A stretch of 64,000 bases of DNA, from assembly GCA_963768655.1 (NCBI GenBank), contig CAVYIM010000003.1:1-64000 (forward strand), written 5' to 3'. Under the pieces are notes generated by a model. That model was given only the letters and a program-made list of their open reading frames with translations. It was not told the DNA's origin and searched no databases. The position numbers and the translations under genes are program-made. The stretch comes from an uncultured Chloroflexia bacterium. GTDB lineage: Bacteria; Chloroflexota; Limnocylindria; Limnocylindrales; CSP1-4. Positions 10,610-21,306 of this stretch are shown here, one piece after another (the first letter of the stretch is position 1; every line of letters begins with the position of its first letter).

Positions 10610-10791
10610 GCTGCTGATTCCTCCACACACAAGGGCGACAAGCGCGCCAGGCAACCGGCGACGACTCACGATCAACCTCCACGAGGGCCTACGTAGAGCT
10701 ACCCACCCCGGTAGGCTACGGAATCGTCGCAGTATCTGCGTGAAACTGTCTAGTACCTTTTGGTCGCCGCGTGTAGCCTCCTGGGGGGATT

Positions 10792-10811
10792 ACGTTGCTG
10801 TACGGCAACGT
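10792..10811. promoter_or_regulatory. 20-bp near-perfect palindrome upstream of the giant protein gene, possible operator
   Basis: acgttgctgtacggcaacgt is self-complementary except one pair, ~180 bp upstream of the start. Confidence 0.3.
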
Positions 10812-11046
10812 GCGGGCGGTTACGGTGCGTCGACGCGACGAGAGCGCCGCATACAAACAGGCCGGCGAGTCGTAGCCGATTCGCCTCTGACCACGACGTC
10901 ATGGGGTGGACCGCTCCTGCGGTCAGGCCTGTGTCTGGCGGCGAACGTGCGGCGCCGGAGCTGCCGTGGCCGCCCGAGCCGTTCTCAGAAAGTACTATCC
11001 CGCGAGCAGCGTCCGGAAAGCCGCCGGCGACGCCTCGAGTCCGGAT

Positions 11047-12711
11047 TCAGCCGCCGGCGCCGACGGGGCCCGTCGGCGGCTTGTAGCCCTCGGGCAGCCT
11101 GGGCGTGAAGCGGAAACCGCCGGCTACTCCGGGCTCCGTCAACTCGTGCGGGTCGAGCAACTGGTCGAGCTCTTCGGCAGTGAAGATGCCCCGCTCGATG
11201 ACTATCTCGCGAATGGTCCGGCCTTCACGGACGGCCTGCTTGGAGATCTCGGCGGCCAGGGCGTAGCCGAGGTACGGGGCCAGCGGCGTGGAGAGTGCCG
11301 ATGAGCGCTCCATCAGATCGCGGGCGCGTTCGCGATTGGCCTCGATCCCGATCACGCAGAACTCGGCGAAGGCGCGGCTCATGTTAGTAAGGATCGTGAG
11401 CGACTCGAGCGTCGTGTGGGCGATCACCGGCATCATCACGTTCAGCTCGAGCTGGCCGGCGGAGGCCGCCCAGGCGATCGTCGTGTCGTTGCCGATGACC
11501 CGGAAACAAACCATCGACAGGCACTCGGCCATCACCGGGTTCACCTTGCCCGGCATGATCGAGCTGCCCGGCTGAACGGCCGGCAGCGTTATCTCGGCAA
11601 AGCCGGTCATCGGGCCCGACGACATCAGGCGCAGATCCTCGCTGATCTTGATCAGGTCCACGGCGATGCCGCGCAGCGCCGCCGAAACTTCGAGCATCGG
11701 GCGCATCGAATGGGTCGCCTGGACGAGATGCTCGGCCCCGCGGAGCTTGTGGCCGGTCTGCTCGGCGAGGTAGCGGACGACCAGCTCGATGTACTCAGGC
11801 TCGGCGTTGAGCCCGGTGCCCACGGCCGTGGCCCCGATGTTCTGCTCGGCGATCGAGTCGGCGGCGGCCCGCAGCCGATCGACCCCGCGGCGGAGCGTCA
11901 GAGCGTAGGCCGCGAACTCCTGGCCGAGCCGGATCGGGACGGCGTCCTGCATGTGCGTTCGGCCGGATTTGATCACGTCGTCGAACTCGCGAGCCTTGCC
12001 TTCGAAGGCGGCGATGAGCTCGTCGGCGGCCGGCATGAAGTCGCGAATCAGGTCCAGCGTGGCGACCCGCATCGCGGTCGGGAAGACATCGTTGGTCGAC
12101 TGGGCCATGTTGACGTGGTCGTTGGGGCTGCAGACCGCATAGTCGCCGCGCTTCCCGGAGCCGACGCCCTGGGCATGCAGCAGCTCGATGGCCCGGTTCG
12201 CCAGCACCTCGTTGGCGTTCATGTTGTGGCTCGTTCCGGCGCCGGCCTGGAATGGGTCGATCCGGAAGTTGGCGATCAGCTCGGCCTGCTTGGCGGCTCG
12301 GGCGGCCTCGAAGGCGGCCTTCATGGGATCTGACGGTCGGCGCGGCTCGAACTCGCCCGCCTCGTCGGTCTCGTCGAGGCAGGCTTCGGAAGAGCACAGG
12401 ATCTCGTCGGCCGCCTCGACGATGACGTTGCCGAGCTGCTTGGGCAGGCGGCCCGTGGTCATGTTGGCGCGGGCGGCAGCCTTCTTGACCTGGACGATGG
12501 CTCGCACCAGGGCCCTGTGCGGCAGCGTGCCCGAGATCGGGAAGTTGTGGATTCCGCGCGCGGTCTGGACGCCGTAGTAGGCGGAATCGGGGACTTCCAG
12601 GTATCCGAGAGGGTCCTTCTCGACACGGAACCCGGGGCGCGGAGTCGGGGGAGTGGCTGGAGCGGCCGGGCTGGCGGGCGGCTTCGGGTGGCCTGGGGCG
12701 TTGGATGTCAT
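11047..12711 (-). CDS. aspA: Aspartate ammonia-lyase (fumarase/aspartase family)
   Basis: YYGVQTAR, QAGAGTSHNMNANEV, GRTHMQDAVP and signature GSSIMPGKVNP. Confidence 0.85.
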   Translation of the reverse strand: MTSNAPGHPKPPASPAAPATPPTPRPGFRVEKDPLGYLEVPDSAYYGVQTARGIHNFPISGTLPHRALVRAIVQVKKAAARANMTTGRLPKQLGNVIVEAADEILCSSEACLDETDEAGEFEPRRPSDPMKAAFEAARAAKQAELIANFRIDPFQAGAGTSHNMNANEVLANRAIELLHAQGVGSGKRGDYAVCSPNDHVNMAQSTNDVFPTAMRVATLDLIRDFMPAADELIAAFEGKAREFDDVIKSGRTHMQDAVPIRLGQEFAAYALTLRRGVDRLRAAADSIAEQNIGATAVGTGLNAEPEYIELVVRYLAEQTGHKLRGAEHLVQATHSMRPMLEVSAALRGIAVDLIKISEDLRLMSSGPMTGFAEITLPAVQPGSSIMPGKVNPVMAECLSMVCFRVIGNDTTIAWAASAGQLELNVMMPVIAHTTLESLTILTNMSRAFAEFCVIGIEANRERARDLMERSSALSTPLAPYLGYALAAEISKQAVREGRTIREIVIERGIFTAEELDQLLDPHELTEPGVAGGFRFTPRLPEGYKPPTGPVGAGG

Positions 12712-12937
12712 GGCGGTGTCGGCTCCTCGCTCGGGGTGCTTTCGGCGGTGCGCGGGCCGGGGTGCGGTGCGTACGTCCAGAGTCTATCGCCGCCGCGCGA
12801 CGGGGCCCGGCGAGGCGTATGCGCCCGCAGGCGCCCTGCAGCGCCAGGCCGGCATCTTCGGGCCGATCCGGGCGAGTCGCCGGCTCCGTCGGCCCGACGG
12901 TGCTGGTCGGCTAGAATCGGCCGACCGGAGTCGGCGA

Positions 12938-13267
12938 TTGCAGCCGGCTCCACCGGATCGGAAGGCCGCCATCGACGACCAGCCGTCACTCGTCGGTCCC
13001 AATGTGGACAAAGCCGTGGGCTTCTTCGTGGGCGTGTTCGCGCCCGTTCTGGGAGTGCTCACGACGGCTGCCGCTATGTTCGTTTGGGCGGCGGGCGGCG
13101 ACGAAGACGGAGCGATCCGGCGGCGACGGCATGCCGCATCGGTGACGATGTGGTCCGGCATAGGCACGCTGGTCATGGTGGCCGTCGTGCTCACGATCAT
13201 CTTCGCCCTGCTGGGCGCTGCCGTGATCAGCCCCCCATCCACCGCTACGGCGCCGCCCCTGCCCTGA
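12938..13267 (+). CDS. Small two-TM membrane protein, hypothetical (start uncertain)
   Basis: Two hydrophobic helices in the C-terminal half of ORF 12653..13267; GGAG before TTG 12938. Confidence 0.45.
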   Translation: MQPAPPDRKAAIDDQPSLVGPNVDKAVGFFVGVFAPVLGVLTTAAAMFVWAAGGDEDGAIRRRRHAASVTMWSGIGTLVMVAVVLTIIFALLGAAVISPPSTATAPPLP

Positions 13268-13579
13268 TTGGGGCGAGCCTCGCGGAGGCTCGATTGATCG
13301 GCGAGCGAGCTCGAACCAGAGGGGACGACCCTCCCCATCGGCGCGAGTATTCGGTTGGGACTTGGGACGCCGGTACATTTCCGGCTGCGCGAACGGGTAT
13401 ATTCCCTGGGCCGGACCGGCGGCCCGCACGCGCCGACCCGGGACGCGTCGTCCCCCGCGCCGGACCGCCCCGTCGCCCGGACGAGAAGTCGGCAGTCGCG
13501 GCCACGGAGAAGGCGACCTCGCGGGCGGTCGCCGCAGCGCTGACCAGGAGTCGTTCCAGGCCGTTTCGAGGAGGTCCGA

Positions 13580-15241
13580 GTGACTCAACAAAAGGCATCG
13601 CGCGAAGAGCTGATCAAGCGGGACGTCCACGACCTGCATCGCCTGGGTTACGCCCAGGAGCTCTTCCGGACGATGGGCGGATTCTCCAACTTCGCCATCA
13701 GCTTCTCGATCATCTCGATCCTCACCGGCGCGGTGATCCTCTTCGACTATGGCCTCGCCTGGGGCGGCCCCGCCGCCAGCACCATCGGCTGGCCGCTCGT
13801 CTCGGTCTTCACTCTGCTTATCGCCGCCGCGATGGCCGAGATCGCGTCTGCGTACCCAACCGCAGGCGGCCTCTATTACTGGTCGAGCCGGATGAAGAAC
13901 AAGGACTGGGGCTGGTGGACGGCCTGGTTCAACCTGGCCGGCCAGATCGCCATCGTCGCGGGCATCGATTTCGCCGCCGCCAGCTTCGTCAACTCGTCGA
14001 TCGTCACGCCGATCCTCTCGAACTTCGGGATCGCCTACGGCAACGGCTCGGCGATCCTGGGCTCGTCCTTCGTGAGCGGCCAGCTCCTGACCATGGCCGC
14101 CCTCCTGGCGATCCAGCTGGTTCTCAACATTGCCGGCATCAGGATCGTGGCGCTGCTGAACGACGCCTCCGTGTGGTGGCACATCGGCACGGTGCTCGTC
14201 ATCGTCGCGGCGCTCTTCCTGATCAGCTCGGGCAAGGCCCACGCCGACATCAGCCCCTTCGCCGTCGGGCCGCTGGATACGACCGGTACTGCATCGCCGC
14301 TCGGGTTCAACCTCGGGCCGGCCGTCGGCTACGCCGTGCCGATCGCGTTCCTCTTCTCGTTGCTCCAGGCGCAGTGGACCTACACCGGCTACGACGCCTC
14401 GGCCCACGTGGCCGAAGAGACGGTCGGCGCCCGGATGTCCAGCGCCTGGGGCGTGTTCATCTCCGTCGCCGTATCCGCCGTCGTCGGCTACATCGTCCTG
14501 TTCGGCCTGGTGACGCACCTGCCCCCGCTGGACCAGATCATGAACTGCAACCCGGCGACGCAAAGCCTGTGCAGCGCCTACTACGGCGGCAATCCGGTTG
14601 TCTTCACCACGCTCAGCTACAACCTGGGCGTGCTCGGCGAGTGGCTCGGCGCGGCCATCGCGGTGGCCATGAGCCTGTGCGGGCTGGCGTCCGTCGCCGC
14701 CGCCGGCCGGATGCTCTTCGCCTTCAGCCGCGATCACGGCGTGCCCGGGTCGCCCTGGCTGCGCAAGGTTTCACACCGCTTCCGCACGCCGGCCAACGCC
14801 ATCGCGGCGATCGTGGTCTTCAGCTATCTGCTGACCAACGCCGCGTTCATCGCCGGAGGCGGGACGGCCATCGCGATCGTGACTGCCATCAGCACCATCG
14901 CGCTGTACTGGGCCTACGGCGTGCCGATCTTCCTGGGCATCTTCGGCAAGCAGGAGTGGCGCGATCACGCCGTCTGGAAGCTGGGCCGCTTCTCGAGGCC
15001 GATCGCCGCCGTCGCCTGCATGTGGATCGCCCTGATCTCGGTCCTGTTCCTGTGGCCGACGTCGGGGAACCCGTGGACGCTGATCGCCTACGTCGTCTTC
15101 CTCGCGGCGCTGGTCGTCTACTACTTCGCCTGGGCGCGGAGCCGCTTCAAGGGCCCGATCGTCGAGGTCGGTGAAGTCGAGCTGACCGAGATCGAGCGCG
15201 AGTTCGAGCACGCCGCCGAGGAGCTCACCGGCGGGGCGTAG
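13580..15241 (+). CDS. APC-family amino acid/amine permease
   Basis: LGYAQELFRTMGGFSNFAISFSIISIL, AEIASAYPTAGGLYYW, GYDASAHVAEET; ~12 TM; GGAGG RBS. Confidence 0.92.
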   Translation: MTQQKASREELIKRDVHDLHRLGYAQELFRTMGGFSNFAISFSIISILTGAVILFDYGLAWGGPAASTIGWPLVSVFTLLIAAAMAEIASAYPTAGGLYYWSSRMKNKDWGWWTAWFNLAGQIAIVAGIDFAAASFVNSSIVTPILSNFGIAYGNGSAILGSSFVSGQLLTMAALLAIQLVLNIAGIRIVALLNDASVWWHIGTVLVIVAALFLISSGKAHADISPFAVGPLDTTGTASPLGFNLGPAVGYAVPIAFLFSLLQAQWTYTGYDASAHVAEETVGARMSSAWGVFISVAVSAVVGYIVLFGLVTHLPPLDQIMNCNPATQSLCSAYYGGNPVVFTTLSYNLGVLGEWLGAAIAVAMSLCGLASVAAAGRMLFAFSRDHGVPGSPWLRKVSHRFRTPANAIAAIVVFSYLLTNAAFIAGGGTAIAIVTAISTIALYWAYGVPIFLGIFGKQEWRDHAVWKLGRFSRPIAAVACMWIALISVLFLWPTSGNPWTLIAYVVFLAALVVYYFAWARSRFKGPIVEVGEVELTEIEREFEHAAEELTGGA

Positions 15242-15267
15242 CGCCTGCGGGACCACAGGGAGTCACG

Positions 15268-15303
15268 CGCGCGGCGGGCGAAAGCCCGCCGCGCCGCTCT
15301 TTG
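15268..15303. terminator. GC-rich hairpin between convergent genes
   Basis: gcgcggcgggc-gaaa-gcccgccgcgc followed by ctcttt. Confidence 0.55.
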
Positions 15304-15317
15304 GCGAGTGGCCCCGG

Positions 15318-17767
15318 TCAGCGGGGCATGGCCGCGAGGAGGTTCGCCGCGGTCGCCTTCGGTGACTTCGGCCCGAACTTGTGACGCAGCAGGTCGTACT
15401 CGGTGTAGGGGTGGTCGTCCGTCACCATCTGGCCGCTGGCCCCGAATTGCTCGACCTGGGCGTCGGAGATCCAGACGCTGCTCAGGATCAGCTGTTCCCA
15501 CTGGCTCACGGTCGTGACCCCTGGCGGGGAGTCCGCCGCGTCCGAAAGGTCTGACACGGCGCCGGGCTTCGAGAGGACGGACTCGATTCCGGCCGAGGTC
15601 AGGTTGATCGGGTCGTCCGACCCGAGCATCAGGACGCCGTTCGGATCTGCCATCGGCGAGAAGACGATGGTCACGTGCGGGAACACGCTCTTGAACGTCT
15701 TGGCGTGGCTGCGCAACTCGTCGACGGTCAGGCCCGAGCCGGTGTAGACCCACTGCATCATGACGCCGCCCGGATTGAGTCGAGCCCGGGCCGCGGCGTA
15801 GAACTCCTGAGAGAAGAGAACCGCCGTCCCCGAGGTGTTCATAGGTGGAGGAGGATCGACCATCAGCAGGTCGTAGGTGTGGTTCGTCAGTTCGACGTGG
15901 TTACGGCCGTCGGCGATGATGACGTGCCCCTTCGGGTTGGCCATCACCTGCTGCCAGTCCGGGTAGAAGTACTTGAACATGCTCGGGACCGACGGGACCA
16001 GCTCCACCGCTTCGACGTTGAGCCCATCCTGCAAGGCGCTGCGGTAACTGGAGCCCATGCCGAAGGCGATGATGCACATGGACTGGGCGTTGGGCCTGAC
16101 CATCAGGGGCAGGTCGGGCATGAACCGGGTGATGGCCGACACGCCCGTCATCGAGTTGCCTCCGACGTACAGCCGCAGACCGAACAGGGCATTCGGCACG
16201 TATGCCGCCTGCGTGACCGCCACGTCATCCTCGGCCTGGCCAAGGATCGTGGCGTGGAGGCGCAACAGGGTGGAGGTGGAAGGATCGACGACCAGCGCGT
16301 TGGGCACGACCATCAGCACCACCGCCACGACGGCCGCGACTCCGCCCAGGGACGATCCGACCCGCCGCAAGCCGATGGCCAGGGGCTTCGCCTGCCAGAG
16401 CAGCACGACGCCCGTAGCGGCGTTGATGGCCGCGATGAGCACGACGGACCGGGGCGAGGTCAGGATCGGCATGAGGAAGAAAGGCACGACGAAGGTGCCG
16501 CACAGCGCCCCGACGGTGTTGAAGCCGAGCAGGAGACCGGTGCTGGTTCCGACCCGCTCGTCGGACTCGGAGACCAGCATCGAGCTCATCGGGAAGACGA
16601 CGCCCATGATCAGGGCGGGCGGGGCGACCACGACCACGAGCTCTCGAAGGAAGCTCCAGCTGACGAGGTATTTCGTTTCGATCCCAAGGCTGGCCAGGAC
16701 AACGAACGCGAGCGCGATCTCGGCCACGCCGAGGAGGGCGACGGGGTGCCGCGTCTTCGAGAGGAAGCGCGCGAAGACGAATGCCCCTACGGCGATGCCG
16801 GTCAGGAAGATTGCCAGGATGCCGGTGAAGACGTAGCTCGAGCTTCCGGTCCCGGAGGCGAGGATCCTGGTCCAGAGGTTCTGATAGCCGAGCGACGTGA
16901 GGCCTGACACGAAGGCCACGGCGAGGGCCAGCTTCGGGCGCGAGATCGAAGCCACGCCGCTTGCCACCGCGGACCGGGCTGCCGCCGAAACAGTCGATCC
17001 GGCGGCCGGCTCGGCAGCGGCAGCCGGCTCGGCAGCGGCGGCCGGCTCGGCAGCGGCGGCCGGCTCGGCAGCGGCGGCGGCGGCCGCCCCTGCGCCGACG
17101 AGGGCCGCTGCCAGAGGCTGAGGGCGAAGGCAGACAGGCCGGCCGTGCCCGAGCAGGCGACGCCGACCAGCATCGTTTCCTCGAGGCCGAGGAGCTCGAT
17201 CAGGAAGACGCCGGCCGCCACCGTGCCCAGGATGGCGCCGAAGGTGTTGACCGTGTAGAGGCTGCCGAACTCGGTGCCGAGCGTGTTGTGATCGCGGACC
17301 AGGTAGCGCGAGAGCGTGGGCAGCGTGGCGCCCATCAGGATCGTCGCCGGCCCGAGGGCCAGCAGCGACAGCGCGAACCGCACCAGCGTCAGCAGGTTCG
17401 GGTTCTCCTCGAGCGAGTCGAAGGCGCCGCGGTAGAGCTCGTGCATGCCGAGGAACGTCGCCGGCGTCAGCAGAACGGCTACGACGACAAGCAGTTCGAG
17501 GATGGCGTACATGCGGAGCGGATTGCGGACACGGTCGGCGATTCGGCCGCCCACGACACTTCCGATGGCCATCCCGCCGAAGAATCCGGTGAGGATGGCG
17601 GAGATGGCCTGGGTCGTGTTGCCGAAGACCAGCACGAGCTGGCGCGCCCACACGACTTCGTACACAAGGCCGGCGAACCCCGACAGCACGAAGATCAGCA
17701 GGATGATCCGCTTTGCCGCGGCCCGGTTGGCCCTCGCTCTGGGTTGCACGTCAGCCACCTGCTCCAT
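15318..17767 (-). pseudogene. Fused membrane domain / spermidine-synthase-like SAM-binding protein, frameshifted near 17087-17090
   Basis: N-half in ORF 16802..17836 (SGFAGLVYEVVWARQL), C-half in ORF 15318..17651 (SGLTSLGYQNLWTRIL...AFGMG...VELVPSV...ADGRNH...YDLLMVDPPPP); one extra G in a minus-strand G4 run joins them. May be a sequencing error. Confidence 0.8.
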
Positions 17768-18037
17768 GCCCTCCTTGGAATTGGCTAGCCAGCCCGGGAT
17801 GTCGCCCGGCGAGAAGTCGTCGCGGGCCAGGCTCACCGAGTCGGAACCGCTCCTGCCCCTCCGGGGGGACAGGATAGCAACTCAGCGGCGCCCGGGACGG
17901 CCACGCGGCCGCACCCGCGGCACGCCCCGGACGGCCCCGCACAACCCGACCGAACCGGCCCCATCCGGCGCGTCATCGCGCCTACGCGTCTCTGGCAGGG
18001 CGGTTGATCTGCGGCGCGTGGCCGCCAGAGCCGGATC

Positions 18038-20887
18038 TCAGAGCCCGGTCAGATCCCCGTAGAAGTCCTGCAGGACCCCCGGTTTGGCCCAGCCCACGAC
18101 GACGACTCTTTGATGCAGCGCGGCGACTTCGCAGGTGGTGGACCCGCCGAACGAGAACTGGCTGGCCATCGGTTGCTGCCACGACTGGGCGTCTCGGCTG
18201 GCCCACACGGTCCATCCGGGGGGAGCGGGGCTGGCCGAGCCGGAGGCCGCGTGGCCGGCCGTTGGCGTGGAGCCGGCCGACGGCGCGGACACCGCCACGA
18301 CGCCCGAGTCCAGCGTGCTCCAGCAGCCGCCCGTGGTCGTGAGCTTGGAGTCCTGCCAGGCATTGCCGTCGGCGGACCACCACCAGCTGGTGTTGCCTGT
18401 CAGGCCCTGGCTCGTGGTCACCAACCCCAGGCGGGTGGCGACCACGACGCCGCCGTTCGACGGCAGCTTCCAGTTCGCCGGAACCCAGGTCAGGCCGTCG
18501 GCCGAGGTCCAGACCGCTGCCTGGCCGGAACTGTCGACGCCCGAGGCGACGAAACCGCCCGACCACGAGGAGACCGTCAGCGAGTACGTATCGGCGCCGG
18601 AGATAGCGGCCTCGACCCAGGACATGCCGTCGCCCGAGTAAAGGAGGCGAGGCCCGTCGTTCGAGCTGGCGGCCGCGACGAAGTCGCCGCCGTGGACAGC
18701 AACGGATCCGAGACTCGAAGGCGCGTCGCCGCTGATCGACCCCGCCGTCCAGGTCGTGCCGGAGAAGTTCCAGATGGCGGCCGCCGGACCGGATGCCGTG
18801 GCCATGCTGCCGACCGCGACGACGCCGCCCTGACTATCGAGGGCGGCAGCCGACACGAGGGGCGTCCCCGCGGCGGGCGCGGGGGAGGCCGTGCCCGTGG
18901 CAGGCGACGTGGAGGCCGTGCCTTCGGCAGGGGCCGGCGTGGTCGTCCCCGTGACGGGCGCCCCGGAGGCCGTCTCTGCTGCGACAGCTGCGGCGAGTAC
19001 GTCCGGGCTGGCCTGGGTCGACCAGGAGCTTCCGTCTGCCGACGAGAACACGGTCGTCCCGTTCTTGCCGTTGACGAAGGCCAGGAATTGGTCCGTCGTG
19101 GCGATGACCGGGCCGAGGGTGCTATCGGCCGTGAGCCCCGGGACCATGGGGGTCGCGCCGGCGCTCAGCGAGATCGAGAAGGCGGGCGTGGGCGTGACCT
19201 GGACCAGCGGCAGTGGCGAGCCGAGCGTCACGTCGCCGGTCAGGACGGCCAGTGAGCCGCTCGCGTCGATCCCCGCCAGGACCAGGTTCGTCCCGAACTG
19301 CGTCAGCCGGCCGCGGGTGAGGGCCGTGGCGCCGGACGACATCGGCTTCCAGTTCATGCCGTCGTCGGACGTCCAGAGAGAGGCCGAATTGACCAGAGAT
19401 GCCGTGGGGGATGCCGTCGGCGATGCCGACGCTCCCGGCGATGGGGATGCCCCCATGATGCTGGTCGGCTCCGAGGAGACGGCGACGAGTGAATCGAACA
19501 CCTGCGTGACCGATTCGAGGGCCTGCGAGTTGCGGGAAGGGAGGGCATTGCCGCGGTACCAGTTGATACCGTCGGGCGAGATCCACGAGATCGCCACGGC
19601 GACCGTCGGTGGCGGCGTGGGCGTTGGCGAGGGTGAGGGTGAGGCACCGGAGGCACCCGGAGATGGCGCCGCGGTCTTGGCCGGTTTCGGAGTTGCCTTG
19701 CCGCCGGAGGCCGACGGCCCCGCGGTCGGCGAAGGCGACGGCGAGGGCGAAGGCGTCGCCAGCTCGGCGGGCGTGAGGATCTGGCTGCCCACGGCCACGA
19801 GCCCGTTCCCGTACGCGACCAGGTCCTGGACCTCGAAGCCGGCGAGCTCGGTTGCCGCTTCGGTCCAGTGGGTGCCGTCGGACGAGGTCCAGGCCTTGGT
19901 GTGGCGGGCGTCGGTCCCGGTCGACTCGGCGACGATGGCGAATCCGCCGGCCCAGGCCCGGACCGCCCGTGGGATGTACCCCGTGGCATTCGGCAGGTTC
20001 ACGGCGGTCCAGCTCGACCCGTCGGTTGAGAACCAGGCCACGCCGTTGCCGGCGGAGACCAATGCGCCGGGGCGCTCGGCGAGGCCGATCATCTCCGTGT
20101 CGTCGGGAACGTCGACAGTCGCCGGCGACCAGGTTCGGCCGTCGGTCGAGTGCCACGCGGTGGCGACGACCTTGCTCCCAGCCGCGAACCCATCCCCGAC
20201 CGCGACCAGGCCGCCGTTGCCGTCGTCGGCGAAGCCCAGGACCACGAAGCGCTCGTTGGGCCCGCCGAAGGAGCCCGGATTGGCGATGGACTCCCAGGTC
20301 GAGCCGTCGGTCGAAGACCAGACGGTGCTGGTGTTGCCGTCGCTGCCCATCATCAGCAGCTGCGATCCCTGCGAGACAAAGTAGGGTCCGTAATAGAACT
20401 CGCCCGTGGGCGGCCTGGACGCCTCTTGGAAGTCGACCCCGCGCACGCTTCCTGTGGCCGGCGTCGCGACCGGCTGGCTGGGAATGAGCATGACCATGCC
20501 GGCCACGATGGCGATGATGGTCGCCAGGCCGACGGTCACCGAGATGGTCTGGCGAATCGAGAGGGGCCAGGTCGGCCGGTGGAGGGCGGGCCGATGGAGC
20601 GTTGGCCGGTGCAACGAGGGCAGACCGATCCTGGGTGGCTGCCAGGGCTGAGCCCCGCGGCGGCTCCGCGGGTGTGCCGTCGGGCGGGGTGTTCCCTCGA
20701 CCGCCTGCGGCGTCGTGGTGCGCACCCCGTGCGGGCGGGCTCGGAGCCCGCTGCCTGCGACGGCGGAGGGGATCACAACCTCCGGGTTGGCCCGGCGAGG
20801 GCCGGCCTGGTCTGTGTGGAGCGGAGATGCCGGCGGATCGGACTGGGGTTGCTCGTCGAGGCCAGGCTCGACGCGGGGGTCGCTCAT
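18038..20887 (-). CDS. Membrane-anchored extracellular protein with Asp-box/BNR-like repeats (probably two beta-propellers)
   Basis: Single TM (ISVTVGLATIIAIVAGMVMLI), many WxSxDGxxW motifs, Pro/Ser/Thr linkers. Confidence 0.8.
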   Translation of the reverse strand: MSDPRVEPGLDEQPQSDPPASPLHTDQAGPRRANPEVVIPSAVAGSGLRARPHGVRTTTPQAVEGTPRPTAHPRSRRGAQPWQPPRIGLPSLHRPTLHRPALHRPTWPLSIRQTISVTVGLATIIAIVAGMVMLIPSQPVATPATGSVRGVDFQEASRPPTGEFYYGPYFVSQGSQLLMMGSDGNTSTVWSSTDGSTWESIANPGSFGGPNERFVVLGFADDGNGGLVAVGDGFAAGSKVVATAWHSTDGRTWSPATVDVPDDTEMIGLAERPGALVSAGNGVAWFSTDGSSWTAVNLPNATGYIPRAVRAWAGGFAIVAESTGTDARHTKAWTSSDGTHWTEAATELAGFEVQDLVAYGNGLVAVGSQILTPAELATPSPSPSPSPTAGPSASGGKATPKPAKTAAPSPGASGASPSPSPTPTPPPTVAVAISWISPDGINWYRGNALPSRNSQALESVTQVFDSLVAVSSEPTSIMGASPSPGASASPTASPTASLVNSASLWTSDDGMNWKPMSSGATALTRGRLTQFGTNLVLAGIDASGSLAVLTGDVTLGSPLPLVQVTPTPAFSISLSAGATPMVPGLTADSTLGPVIATTDQFLAFVNGKNGTTVFSSADGSSWSTQASPDVLAAAVAAETASGAPVTGTTTPAPAEGTASTSPATGTASPAPAAGTPLVSAAALDSQGGVVAVGSMATASGPAAAIWNFSGTTWTAGSISGDAPSSLGSVAVHGGDFVAAASSNDGPRLLYSGDGMSWVEAAISGADTYSLTVSSWSGGFVASGVDSSGQAAVWTSADGLTWVPANWKLPSNGGVVVATRLGLVTTSQGLTGNTSWWWSADGNAWQDSKLTTTGGCWSTLDSGVVAVSAPSAGSTPTAGHAASGSASPAPPGWTVWASRDAQSWQQPMASQFSFGGSTTCEVAALHQRVVVVGWAKPGVLQDFYGDLTGL

Positions 20888-21306
20888 CAGGTGGTGTCTA
20901 CCTCTTACGTTGCGCCGCTCCGCTCCCCCGGCAGCGCGTTTCCTCCGGGCCACGCCGCCGTGCGGATCGGGTTGCCACCGCCCAGGCACGAGCCTGGCTG
21001 AGCGGCGGTCGTAGAAGTCTGCACAGTCGGGCGGATTCGGGGGCGTCGAACGTGCAGCCTGCAGACTCTACCCTGCTCGCGCCAATCGCGGGTCGGAGAG
21101 CCGCCGTCACACCCGGGCGGCCGGCGCGAAAGCGGCGGGGCCGGCGCGCGAAGGCGCGGGGCCGGCCGAGCGAGAGGGTGGGCCTGCTCGCGAGCGCGGC
21201 GGTTGTCACGGATCTCCATAGCGTCGCGGCCGAACACGAGCCACAATACCGGGCGAGGAGCGCCGCACCCGAGGCGCGGGCGCACGCCGAGCGCGAGGAG
21301 ATGACC

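Noticed and set aside
13319-13336. Guanidine-II (mini-ykkC) riboswitch-like ggggACGAccc hairpin upstream of the permease
   Set aside because: Only one ACGA hairpin; the required adjacent second hairpin is missing and it is ~240 bp from the start.
20602-21306. N-terminal extension of the GS-like ORF (likewise gatD from 41407 and tatC from 51199)
   Set aside because: Overlaps other genes or promoters; RBS or -10 evidence supports the shorter starts.
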